Positions 14,387 to 24,000 of a stretch of DNA of 24,000 bases are shown piece by piece. Where the stretch lies: assembly GCA_029245675.1 (NCBI GenBank), contig JAQWOV010000014.1, positions 1 to 24,000 of the forward strand, written 5' to 3'. How positions within the stretch are numbered: position 1 is the stretch's first letter; each line of letters starts with the position of its first letter. The position numbers were made by a program, and so were the translations under genes. The notes under the pieces are model-generated. The model was not told the DNA's origin. It saw only the letters and a list, made by a program, of their open reading frames with translations, and ran no database searches. This DNA comes from Acidimicrobiales bacterium (GTDB lineage: Bacteria; Actinomycetota; Acidimicrobiia; Acidimicrobiales; MedAcidi-G1).

Positions 14387-14504
14387 GTAAAGATTCAGAC
14401 CGGAATGACCCAATTCTTCGCTAGAATCGTTCATCGGTCTTAATACAAATAGATAAAGATCTATTCGAAACAACAGTTTTGTATATAAATAAGAAAGTTT
14501 TTCA

Positions 14505-15188
14505 ATGGAAGAGATTGTGCTTGCAGCAGATACCGGTCGAAACTCCGGCACACGGACATCAAAACGGCTACGAACAACAGGGAGCATTCCAGGAGTTCTT
14601 TATGGCCTTAGCGACGACTCAATACCCCTATCCGTAAAGTGGCCAGAGTTGCGCCTTGCCCTCACGACTGATGCTGGCGTGAATGCTGTTATCCAACTCG
14701 AAGTAGATGGAAAGCGTCATATGAGTATCGTGAAAGATATTCAACGTCATCCAGTGAGACGAGATGTGATACACGTTGATTTTCTTCGCATTGATCCAAA
14801 TCAGACAGTAACTGTAGATGTTCCAGTCATCATGATAGGAGACGCATTAGAGGTAACTCAGGCCAACGGAATGGTTGATCAAAACCTCTTCTCGCTGACT
14901 GTTGACGCTCCTCCTATGTCCATCCCGAATGAATTTAAAGTCGATATTTCAAGCTTGACGGTTGGAGATGCGATCCGAGTATCAGATATTGGATTACCTG
15001 AAGGCGTTACCACTGAGGCTGATCCTGAAGAAACTGTTGCGGTCGGAATGATCACTCGATCCACACTTGAAGCCATGGCGGCTGAAGAAGCTGCTGCAGC
15101 TGAAGGCGAAGAAGGCGAAGAGGGTCAAGAAGTCGGAGCAGAAGCTTCCAGCGAAGACCAGGGTGACTCCGAAGATTCTGAAGAGTAA
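14505..15188 (+). CDS. rplY: 50S ribosomal protein L25 / general stress protein Ctc (long form with acidic tail)
   Basis: 227 aa. Shows N-terminal R...G....RLR..G.IPGVLYG and the DIQRHPV....IHVDF motif. A second beta-barrel domain and an Ala/Glu/Asp-rich C-terminal tail fit the Ctc form. Confidence 0.9.
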   Translation: MEEIVLAADTGRNSGTRTSKRLRTTGSIPGVLYGLSDDSIPLSVKWPELRLALTTDAGVNAVIQLEVDGKRHMSIVKDIQRHPVRRDVIHVDFLRIDPNQTVTVDVPVIMIGDALEVTQANGMVDQNLFSLTVDAPPMSIPNEFKVDISSLTVGDAIRVSDIGLPEGVTTEADPEETVAVGMITRSTLEAMAAEEAAAAEGEEGEEGQEVGAEASSEDQGDSEDSEE

Positions 15189-15229
15189 CAGTTTGCACTG
15201 TCGTCCAGCCTCGGTTTGGAGAGGTTGCC

Positions 15230-15841
15230 ATGTTGAGACGCTCATTTAAAAAGAATTCATCTGAATCCAATAGATTCTTAGTCGTTGGCTTAGGTAATCC
15301 AGGCAAAGATTATGACGGGACTCGCCATAACGTTGGAGCTGCTGCAGTTCAAGCACTAGGAATTGCTCATGATTCTCCTCTCAAAAAGTTGAGAGAGCAG
15401 GCGCTTACTAACGAGATATTGATTGATGGCGAAAGAGTCATTCTGGCATTTCCACAAACGTTTATGAATAACTCAGGGCAGTCAGTCTCTGCATTAATGA
15501 GAAAAAATGGTGTCAAAAACCCGGAGAATCTGATTGTCGTCCATGATGAAATGGACATTCCCACTGGCGGTTTACGAATTAAGTCTGGGGGAGGATTAGC
15601 AGGACACAACGGACTTAAATCAATAACTGCTCATTTAAAGACACAAGATTATCTCCGCATACGAATTGGTGTAGGTAAACCGTCTAACAGAAATAAAGGT
15701 GCTAATTACGTACTAAATCGACCGAATAAAGTTGAACAAGAGGAACTTTCAATCGTCATTCAAGAAACAGTCGATGCTATTGAAGCGATAATTAGCGAAG
15801 GCATTGATGTTGCTATGGCAAGATTTAACAGCCGTTCGTGA
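15230..15841 (+). CDS. pth: Peptidyl-tRNA hydrolase
   Basis: 203 aa. Shows LVVGLGNPG..Y..TRHN.G, P.TFMN.SG, V.HDE.D...G..R.K.GG...GHNGLKS and R.RIG.G. A GGAGAGG Shine-Dalgarno lies at 15217..15223. There is an N-terminal extension of about 16 aa relative to the conserved core. Confidence 0.93.
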   Translation: MLRRSFKKNSSESNRFLVVGLGNPGKDYDGTRHNVGAAAVQALGIAHDSPLKKLREQALTNEILIDGERVILAFPQTFMNNSGQSVSALMRKNGVKNPENLIVVHDEMDIPTGGLRIKSGGGLAGHNGLKSITAHLKTQDYLRIRIGVGKPSNRNKGANYVLNRPNKVEQEELSIVIQETVDAIEAIISEGIDVAMARFNSRS

Positions 15842-18800
15842 TACTCAATCAACTACTTGAGCGTCTCGAGGACGAAAAGGCCCTAGGCAGTCTTTTTGGT
15901 AGGCGAAGCGCGACCTTGGCTGTAGCCGAACCCGCCCGAGCCATCGTTTTAGCATCTCTCATAGAACGAGCGGAACGCCGACCTGTAGTAGTAGCAGTAC
16001 CAACAGGCTCAGAGGCTGAACGTTTGAGTAACGATTTGAAGAACTTCCTTGAACCTTCTGAGGTGGCACTGTTCCCAGCTTGGGAGACGCTTCCTTTCGA
16101 AAGGGTTAGCCCGGCAATAGAAACAATGGGTCGACGAATGCAGATACTTCATCAACTATCTGACCCGGAGACCTGTCCAAAAGTAATTGTTGCTTCAGGA
16201 AAAGCTTTGGTACAGCAAGTAGGACCATATTCAAAGAGAAGAAAACCTTTACAACTAATCCTGAATGAAGAGATTGATCAAAGCGAAGTTATTTCTACTC
16301 TTGTTTCAGTTGGATATAGAAGGGAATATCAAGTTGAACACCGGGGAGAATTTGCTGTTCGAGGATCAATAATCGATCTTTGGCCTTCAACATCTGAAGC
16401 TCCAATCCGAGTAGATCTATGGGGAGATGAGATAGAGAGACTCACAGAGTTCAGCGTAGCTACTCAGCGATCAACTCTTGAATACAAGAAAGTTGAAGTT
16501 TTTCCTTGCAGAGAACTCCTCCCCACAGAAGAAGTAAAAGAGAGGGCGCAGCAACTAATAACGGAACAGCCGTGGGGTCGTGAACAATGGGAACGCTTAA
16601 CAAATGGTGAACTCTTTGATGGGATGGAATCTTGGCTTCCGTGGATTACTCCCCAAGAGCAAGTTCTCTTTGATTTCATCGGAGATAATGGAATCGTAGT
16701 TCTGATCGAACCACAAAGACTTAGAGACAGAATTTTAGATCTCCGTGCTGAAGAAGCAGATCTTGTCGCAGTACTTGCGGATACGTGGGGTGCAGAAAAT
16801 AACGAATTCCCTCAACTTCACACAAAGTGGGATCGCCTTCTTGAACACACTGATTCACCGCGTTGGTCTATAGCTGCTACGCCTGAAGGACCTGAGTCAT
16901 CCATAGTCTCAGCACATGGCTGGAGTCGCTCAGCCGGAGGAGAAGAAAGCGTAGTTCAATCATTATCAAAACTGTTGTCAGATGGTTACCAAGTACTACT
17001 TGTCGCAGATGGAGATGGAACAGCAAATCGGTTGACCGAAAACATGGCAAAAGAAGGTATTGAATTACAGCGATCCTCTGAACCGCCGAATTTTTCAAAC
17101 CCGTCTGGTCAAATAACTGTTGGATCGTTAGAACGAGGTTTTGTACTCACAAATTCCCGACTTGCAGTTATTACAGAGGCAGAACTTACCGGAAGAAGAC
17201 GAACACACCGTCCGAGGGGGCCAAGACGTAAAGCGGCGGTCAGAGTGTTTGAGGATTTGCATCCTGGGGATTACGTAGTTCATGAATTCCATGGAGTTGC
17301 AAAATTCTCAGGTCTTGTAACCCGAACTTTGGGCGGTGTAGAACGCGATTATCTTCTTTTGGAATACCGCGGAGATGACCGCCTGTATCTACCTACCGAC
17401 CAGATTGATGCCATACGCCCCTATACCGGAGGAGATTCTCCAACTCTCAGTCGTATGGGAGGGGCTGATTGGGAACGATCTCGAGCACGAGTTCGTTCTG
17501 CGGCATCAGAAATAGCTCAAGAATTAGTCCTTCTTTACCAAAAACGCATTACGACAAAAGGTCATTCATTTGGACCAGACACTCCTTGGCAGCAAGAAAT
17601 GGAACAATCGTTTCCTTTTCAAGAAACTCCAGATCAGAACTCAGCAATCAAAAGCGTCAAAGAAGATATGGAGAACTCTTTGCCAATGGATCGGCTTGTT
17701 TGCGGAGACGTCGGGTTCGGAAAAACCGAAATAGCGATCAGAGCTGTTTTTAAAGCAGTGCAAGATGGAAAACAGGCAGCGATTCTGGTACCTACAACTC
17801 TCTTAGCGCAGCAGCATGGACAGACATTTGCTGATCGATTTGCACCATATCCAATAAGAGTTGAGGTGCTGAGCCGATTCCTTACCGCCGCTGAATCACG
17901 AAGAGTAATCAGAGATATTGAAAATGGAACTGTTGATGTGGTGATCGGTACTCATCGTTTGTTGTCGGGTGATGTGAAATTTCAGAAACTAGGGCTTCTA
18001 GTTGTAGACGAAGAGCAGCGTTTTGGCGTTACACATAAAGAAGCAATAAAACAGATAAAGAGTAATGTTGATGTGCTTACCCTGACAGCAACTCCGATTC
18101 CAAGAACATTAGAAATGTCACTAACAGGGATACGAGACCTAAGCCTTCTTAATACTCCGCCTGCTGATCGCCAACCGATACTCACTTATGTCGGTGAATA
18201 TGATGAACGTGCCGCTGTTGAAGCAATACGAAGAGAACTCCTAAGAGAAGGTCAAGTCTTTTTTGTTCACAACCGGGTAGCCGACATAGAACAAGTTGCC
18301 GGAGGGCTAAAAGAGCTTGTACCTGAAGCACGAATAGCTGTAGCCCATGGTCAGATGGAGGAGTCTGCACTGGAATCTGTAGTTCTTGATTTCTGGGAAG
18401 GCATTTACGACGTTTTGGTTTGTACGACAATCATTGAATCAGGTATTGATATGCCGACGGTTAATACTCTTGTAGTAGATCGAGCAGATTTACTTGGATT
18501 AGGCCAAATGCATCAGTTAAGAGGACGCGTGGGGAGAGCAGGGCAACGCGCTTACGCTTATTTATTCACCCCTACTGACAGGTCTCTCTCAGAAGAAGCG
18601 TATGAACGACTTAGAACCATTGGAGAAACAACAGAACTTGGGTCTGGATTTCGGATAGCTATGCGAGACTTAGAGATAAGAGGCGCTGGAAACATTTTAG
18701 GAACAGGGCAAAGTGGACATATCGCAGCAGTGGGTTATGACCTGTATTGCCAGATGGTTACAGAGGCTGTAGCGGAACTTACCGGAAAAATTTCTGAGAA

Positions 18801-19320
18801 GCCTCTAGAGATACGCGTTGAGATACCTGTTGATGCACATCTACCGAAAGATTATGTTTCAAGAAGTGATCTTCGTCTTGAGGCGTACCGTCGCTTAGCT
18901 GCTGCAGGAATCAACTCGGAAATAGAAAGTGTTGATGAGGTACAAGCCGAGTGGGAAGACCGGTATGGTCCAGTTCCAGATCCCGCTATGGCTCTCTTAG
19001 CGGTGGGAAGATTACGTGCTCTTTGTTCCCAGTTAGGAATATCTGAAGTTATTGTTTCTCGAGTTCCAGGCGGGTTCAATCCGGGAAAAACAGAATACAT
19101 AGCACGATGCTCTCCTGTAGATCTGCCTCTTAGCCGACAAGCACGTTTACAACGACTATTTGAAGGATCAATCTATAAAACTGATCAGAAGGTTTTACAT
19201 CTTCCAATACCACAACCTCTAGATGAAGGAACCCCAGGCGAATTAGCGATCAAATTATCAGAAATGCTTAAAGATCTTGTTCCGACCGCTGATTTGGCTG
19301 ATTCTCCCATAACCTCCTAG
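15838..19320 (+). CDS. mfd: Transcription-repair coupling factor Mfd
   Basis: 1160 aa with a GTG start overlapping the pth stop (GTGA). Shows a UvrB-homology N-terminal region, an RNAP-interacting CarD-like region (GDYVVHEFHGVAKF), and SF2 helicase motifs (CGDVGFGKTE, VVDEEQRFG, TATPIPRT, QLRGRVGR). A TRG-type region and C-terminal domain are also present. Confidence 0.95.
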   Translation: MILNQLLERLEDEKALGSLFGRRSATLAVAEPARAIVLASLIERAERRPVVVAVPTGSEAERLSNDLKNFLEPSEVALFPAWETLPFERVSPAIETMGRRMQILHQLSDPETCPKVIVASGKALVQQVGPYSKRRKPLQLILNEEIDQSEVISTLVSVGYRREYQVEHRGEFAVRGSIIDLWPSTSEAPIRVDLWGDEIERLTEFSVATQRSTLEYKKVEVFPCRELLPTEEVKERAQQLITEQPWGREQWERLTNGELFDGMESWLPWITPQEQVLFDFIGDNGIVVLIEPQRLRDRILDLRAEEADLVAVLADTWGAENNEFPQLHTKWDRLLEHTDSPRWSIAATPEGPESSIVSAHGWSRSAGGEESVVQSLSKLLSDGYQVLLVADGDGTANRLTENMAKEGIELQRSSEPPNFSNPSGQITVGSLERGFVLTNSRLAVITEAELTGRRRTHRPRGPRRKAAVRVFEDLHPGDYVVHEFHGVAKFSGLVTRTLGGVERDYLLLEYRGDDRLYLPTDQIDAIRPYTGGDSPTLSRMGGADWERSRARVRSAASEIAQELVLLYQKRITTKGHSFGPDTPWQQEMEQSFPFQETPDQNSAIKSVKEDMENSLPMDRLVCGDVGFGKTEIAIRAVFKAVQDGKQAAILVPTTLLAQQHGQTFADRFAPYPIRVEVLSRFLTAAESRRVIRDIENGTVDVVIGTHRLLSGDVKFQKLGLLVVDEEQRFGVTHKEAIKQIKSNVDVLTLTATPIPRTLEMSLTGIRDLSLLNTPPADRQPILTYVGEYDERAAVEAIRRELLREGQVFFVHNRVADIEQVAGGLKELVPEARIAVAHGQMEESALESVVLDFWEGIYDVLVCTTIIESGIDMPTVNTLVVDRADLLGLGQMHQLRGRVGRAGQRAYAYLFTPTDRSLSEEAYERLRTIGETTELGSGFRIAMRDLEIRGAGNILGTGQSGHIAAVGYDLYCQMVTEAVAELTGKISEKPLEIRVEIPVDAHLPKDYVSRSDLRLEAYRRLAAAGINSEIESVDEVQAEWEDRYGPVPDPAMALLAVGRLRALCSQLGISEVIVSRVPGGFNPGKTEYIARCSPVDLPLSRQARLQRLFEGSIYKTDQKVLHLPIPQPLDEGTPGELAIKLSEMLKDLVPTADLADSPITS

Positions 19321-19323
19321 ACG

Positions 19324-20202
19324 ATGAAAACTTTTTTCCGATTTTTAGTCATAAGTGCTTTGCTCGTTGTTTCTGCTTGTGGATCATCGAGTAATGCTAT
19401 TGAAGTTGGACGGGTCTCTCTTGATCGAGAGACCTTGAATGACTGGATTAACGAACGCGGTTATTACGGAGATGCTGATGCTGTAGAAAATCTTGATATC
19501 TCTTTGGGAGTGATTCAGCAACTCATTGAATTCGAAGCTTTAGCTGACCTTCTCGCTGATTATGAAGTAGTTCCCTCTAAAACCGATCTCGAACTTGCTG
19601 AAGAACAATTATTAGAAAACGGTTTCGAATCGGATTCTCCAGTTCTAGAACGACTCAAAGTTTGGCAATCCACTTTGAATTTGGCGAATCAGTTTGGGTC
19701 CGGGGTTCAGGCAGCCTATGAAGAGCATGCTCATCTAGCGGGTCATGATCTATGCACAAGTCATATTCTTGTTTCGACTCGACAAGAAGCCGAAGGGTTA
19801 ATCAATTCGCTTGACGACGGAGCAAACTTCTCTGAATTAGCGGTCACCTTTTCGCAAGATCCCGGTTCGGGAAGTCAGGGCGGAGATCTTGGTTGTGTAA
19901 CAACAGGAGCTTTTGTTCCAGAGTTTGAACGAGCAGTCCTTGGCGCTCTTCAACAATTGGAAGTAGTCCCTGAAGAAACCGTAATAGGTCCAGTTCAAAG
20001 TCAATTCGGGTTTCACATTATTCGAATTGATGAAGTAAAACCTGTTGATCCTCCATCTTTTGAAGAAGCAGGACAAAAGGCACTTCAACAACTGGTTGAA
20101 TTTGCAACTATGACTCGCTCTATTTCTCTTGACGCGAGATACGGAAGCTGGGATCCAGTTATTGGGAAAGTAAACCCTCCATCCGGTCCAACTATTAATT
20201 AA
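19324..20202 (+). CDS. Parvulin-type (PpiC/PrsA/SurA-like) peptidyl-prolyl isomerase lipoprotein
   Basis: 292 aa. It has a lipoprotein signal MKTFFRFLVISALLVVSAC. The parvulin domain is SHILV.....A..........F.ELA..FSQDPGS...GGDLG.......VPEF..A........GPVQSQFGFHIIR. Confidence 0.8.
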   Translation: MKTFFRFLVISALLVVSACGSSSNAIEVGRVSLDRETLNDWINERGYYGDADAVENLDISLGVIQQLIEFEALADLLADYEVVPSKTDLELAEEQLLENGFESDSPVLERLKVWQSTLNLANQFGSGVQAAYEEHAHLAGHDLCTSHILVSTRQEAEGLINSLDDGANFSELAVTFSQDPGSGSQGGDLGCVTTGAFVPEFERAVLGALQQLEVVPEETVIGPVQSQFGFHIIRIDEVKPVDPPSFEEAGQKALQQLVEFATMTRSISLDARYGSWDPVIGKVNPPSGPTIN

Positions 20203-20207
20203 TTGGG

Positions 20208-20888
20208 ATGACAGACAAACGGACGGACTCTTTAGAGCAACTCATCGTTCTAATGGATCAATTACGTTTAGAGTGCCCATGGGATGCAAAACAAACTCAC
20301 ACGTCTCTTCGCTCTCATCTCCTAGAAGAAACTTATGAGGTCCTAGAAGCACTTGATGCAATGGATGAAGAGACAGGAGAGGGTTCAGAGCACCTACAGG
20401 AAGAACTTGGAGACCTTTTACTTCATATCGTTTTTCATGCTCGCATTGCAGAAGATCTTGAGCAGTTCACCCTAGAAGATGTCGCAACTCAGATTACGGA
20501 AAAACTGATTCACCGGCATCCCCATGTGTTCCCACCAGAAGGTGAAGATAGCGAAGAACCGGTTGATGTTGAACGGATGGTTTCTACATGGGAGCAAATA
20601 AAGAAAAAGGAAAAAAATCGATCTTCTGTTTTTGATGGGATACCGGCTACTTTGCCTTCGTTAGCAAGAGCCTCAAAAGTTGTTCGTAAGTCATCAATTC
20701 TTGGTTTCAACCCATCATTACCGGACTTGCATTTAGAAACAGAAGAGGATCTTGGAGAAATCTTACTCGGGCTAGTTGAGTGGGCTCGACAACACGACGT
20801 AGATCCAGAAGGCGCCTTACGGGTCACCGTTGAACAGTATGTTGCAAAGATGAGAGTCTTAGAACAAGAGAACAACTCAGAGTTTTAA
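20208..20888 (+). CDS. mazG: MazG-family nucleoside triphosphate pyrophosphohydrolase
   Basis: 226 aa. Shows CPWD..QTH.SL...L.EE.YEV.EA and the EELGDLLLH metal-binding EExxE/D motif. RHPHVF is also present. Confidence 0.85.
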   Translation: MTDKRTDSLEQLIVLMDQLRLECPWDAKQTHTSLRSHLLEETYEVLEALDAMDEETGEGSEHLQEELGDLLLHIVFHARIAEDLEQFTLEDVATQITEKLIHRHPHVFPPEGEDSEEPVDVERMVSTWEQIKKKEKNRSSVFDGIPATLPSLARASKVVRKSSILGFNPSLPDLHLETEEDLGEILLGLVEWARQHDVDPEGALRVTVEQYVAKMRVLEQENNSEF

Positions 20889-20987
20889 GCGCCAAGCAAT
20901 CAGGGGTAAATGGACTAGTCTTTTACTTGAAGATAAATGACTGTCAATTTGATTCTTGCATTAAATAAAGCCATTGAAGGCCGGTGA

Positions 20988-22282
<1,295 letters not shown>

Positions 22283-22283
<1 letters not shown>

Positions 22284-22600
22284 TGTCAGCACGCTTTTTA
22301 TTTCCAATCGGAGCAGTGGTTGTAATTGTAGGAATTATTTTGGCTTTCGGTATAGACCCATTTAGTGACTGGCTGGACCAAAGATCTGATTCAACCTCTC
22401 TTCAATCTCAAGTAGAAGAAGTGGAGAGAAGAAACAAAGAGTATGAGTTGCAGATTGATGCATTAAATACAGATGAAGAAATAGAACGCAGAGCTCGAGA
22501 AGAATACAACTTAGTTCGACCTGAGGAAGAGGCTTACGCCGTTTTGCCCCCTCCTCCCGCGGCGCATCGAATTAAAGGGGTGTGGCCGTTTAATAATTAA
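22283..22600 (+). CDS. ftsB: Septum formation initiator family protein (FtsB/DivIC-like)
   Basis: 105 aa. It has an N-terminal transmembrane helix (FLFPIGAVVVIVGIILAF) and a coiled coil. The family C-terminal motif is EEIERRAREEYNLVRPEE. The start overlaps the eno stop by 1 nt (TAATG). It has the same position after eno as in mycobacteria. Confidence 0.75.
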
Positions 22601-22712
22601 AAATCAGTCCGGGCTCGGTCACTGAAGCCTCTAACTATTAAGATTTCTTTCCGGTAGACAGATCTGATTACGAGAGCCGATTCATCAATATTCATAGTTT
22701 GAAGGGCATGTT

Positions 22713-24000
22713 ATGAGCATTTTAGGAAATAGAGTTCTACGTCGTGAAGACCCCGCATTTCTGACCGTCGGAGCCAAATACACCGCTGATTTAGATTCTC
22801 CACTTCTCAACAATGCAGCAATGGTGACCTACGTGCGCTCAACGATGGCACACGCAAAGATATCAATTGATGCAAGTGAAGCTAAAGACATGCCCGGAGT
22901 TCTCGCAGTATTAGTAGCAGAAGATCTAGACGGTCCGAAAATACTTGCGGGCGGTAATCCGGCTTTCCCCAAACCAATGCTTAATCGACCAATTTTGGCT
23001 ATCGATACAGTTCGTTTCGTCGGAGAATGCGTTGCAGTTATTGTGAGCGAGACATCAGAACAAGGAGCAGATGCTGCAGAATCAGTTTTTGTTGACTATG
23101 AACCACTCCCAGTAGTAGTTGATATGGAAGAAGCGCGCACCGACAATGTCTTGATTTACGAAGAAGTCGGAACAAACGTAGTTTTTGATTTTTCCACAAA
23201 CGGTATGGCTACTGGGATTACAGATGAATCATTTTTCTCATCGTGTGATGTAGTTGTATCTGGACGGGTTGGTCATCAACGAACAGCAGCGGCGCCACTT
23301 GAAGTGCGTTCAACTGCTGCAGCTTGGGACGAAGACAAGTTGGTCTTCTGGACATCAAATCAGGGGCCACAAGGAGTCAAAGGCAGTCTTGAATCTTTCT
23401 ATGGAGATCAAGCAACAGGAGGCGTTCAGGTAATTATTCCCGACGTTGGGGGCGGATTCGGAGCAAAAATATCTCCATATCCAGAAGATATTCTTCTTCC
23501 ATGGCTAGCTAAGCAAGTAGGAAGACCTGTCCGTTGGTTTGAAACCCGCACAGAAAACATGCTTGCTATGGGCCCTGGACGAGCACACGTTCATCAGTTC
23601 ACTCTCGGAGGAAGCAAGGATGGAAAACTTTCTCACTATCGTCTTGAAGTATTAGTTGATTCTGGGGCTTACGCTCGTCTCGGAGCGTTTCTTCCAATGT
23701 TCACACTTCCAATGGCAGTGGGCGTATACGAAATTGAGAATGTAGAAACTGATGCAATTACGGTAGTTACAAATACCACTCCTACTGAGGCTTATCGAGG
23801 AGCAGGCAGGCCTGAAGCAACCCTAACGATTGAAAGAGCAGTTGAACTCTGGGCTGCCGAAGCTGGTATAGACCCGATAGAAGTAAGGCGGAAAAATTTT
23901 CTTGCAGCAGACTCCTTCCCAGTGACGACAGGCGTGGGGACGGTATATGACAGTGGCGACTACGAACGAAGTCTTGATCTCGCTCTTGAAGCAGCAGGGT
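22713..24000 (+). CDS. Molybdopterin-binding large subunit of a xanthine dehydrogenase/CO dehydrogenase family enzyme, form-II CoxL-like (5' part; runs off window)
   Basis: Not in the ORF track because no stop falls within the window. Manual translation from the ATG at 22713 gives MSILGNRVLRREDPAFLTVGAKYTADLDSP.... The frame stays open to 24000. The active-site-loop motif AYRGAGR is encoded at 23790..23810 (TVVTNTTPTEAYRGAGRPEA). That is the form-II (putative) CoxL signature, not the form-I AYxCSFR. Confidence 0.85.
   Translation, partial: MSILGNRVLRREDPAFLTVGAKYTADLDSPLLNNAAMVTYVRSTMAHAKISIDASEAKDMPGVLAVLVAEDLDGPKILAGGNPAFPKPMLNRPILAIDTVRFVGECVAVIVSETSEQGADAAESVFVDYEPLPVVVDMEEARTDNVLIYEEVGTNVVFDFSTNGMATGITDESFFSSCDVVVSGRVGHQRTAAAPLEVRSTAAAWDEDKLVFWTSNQGPQGVKGSLESFYGDQATGGVQVIIPDVGGGFGAKISPYPEDILLPWLAKQVGRPVRWFETRTENMLAMGPGRAHVHQFTLGGSKDGKLSHYRLEVLVDSGAYARLGAFLPMFTLPMAVGVYEIENVETDAITVVTNTTPTEAYRGAGRPEATLTIERAVELWAAEAGIDPIEVRRKNFLAADSFPVTTGVGTVYDSGDYERSLDLALEAAG

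Noticed and set aside
22602-22680. Interleaved complementary segments upstream of the CoxL-like gene, in a pseudoknot-like order. AATCAG at 22602-22607 pairs with CTGATT at 22664-22669, and GGCTC at 22612-22616 pairs with GAGCC at 22674-22678.
   Set aside because: The helices are only 5-6 bp with no extension, which is expected by chance in a 112-nt spacer. No known RNA motif is recognised.

Overview
The window looks like a core, housekeeping chromosome segment from a moderately low-GC member of the Actinomycetota. GC was judged by eye and not computed. It is densely packed, with many 1-4 nt start/stop overlaps.

Three things support the taxonomic call. Two Actinomycetota-specific ribosomal microproteins, bL37 and bS22, are present; both are below the ORF-track size cutoff and were found by manual translation. 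There is an Rpf-type transglycosylase. The gene order is metG-tatD-rpf-rsmA-ispE ... prs-rplY-pth-mfd-(lipoprotein)-mazG-eno-ftsB, which I recall (from memory, not checked) from the Mycobacterium tuberculosis Rv1007c-Rv1024 region.

Gene content, left to right:
- partial lipoprotein (-)
- queF (-)
- bL37 (-)
- ychF, a DUF192-like ORF, rsmI, metG, tatD, an rpf-like gene, rsmA/ksgA, ispE
- a three-gene oxidoreductase operon: aldo-keto reductase, Gfo/Idh/MocA, SsuD-like LLM monooxygenase
- bS22 (-)
- tRNA-Gln(UUG) and a bidirectional terminator
- an uncharacterised repeat lipoprotein (-)
- a PhyH-family Fe(II)/2OG dioxygenase
- prs, rplY, pth, mfd, a parvulin-type PPIase lipoprotein, mazG, eno, ftsB/divIC
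- the 5' part of a form-II CoxL-like molybdopterin oxidoreductase that runs off the right edge

I see no CRISPR array, transposase, integrase, phage gene, toxin-antitoxin pair or recognisable defence system. The only non-backbone segment is about 8.0-13.3 kb. Its most noteworthy parts are the AKR + Gfo/Idh/MocA + SsuD-like operon, which may be an organosulfonate or sugar-sulfonate desulfonation module, and a secreted Cys/aromatic/acidic repeat lipoprotein that I cannot place in any family. Both are hypotheses of moderate interest. Overall this is an ordinary region and I found no clear novel system.
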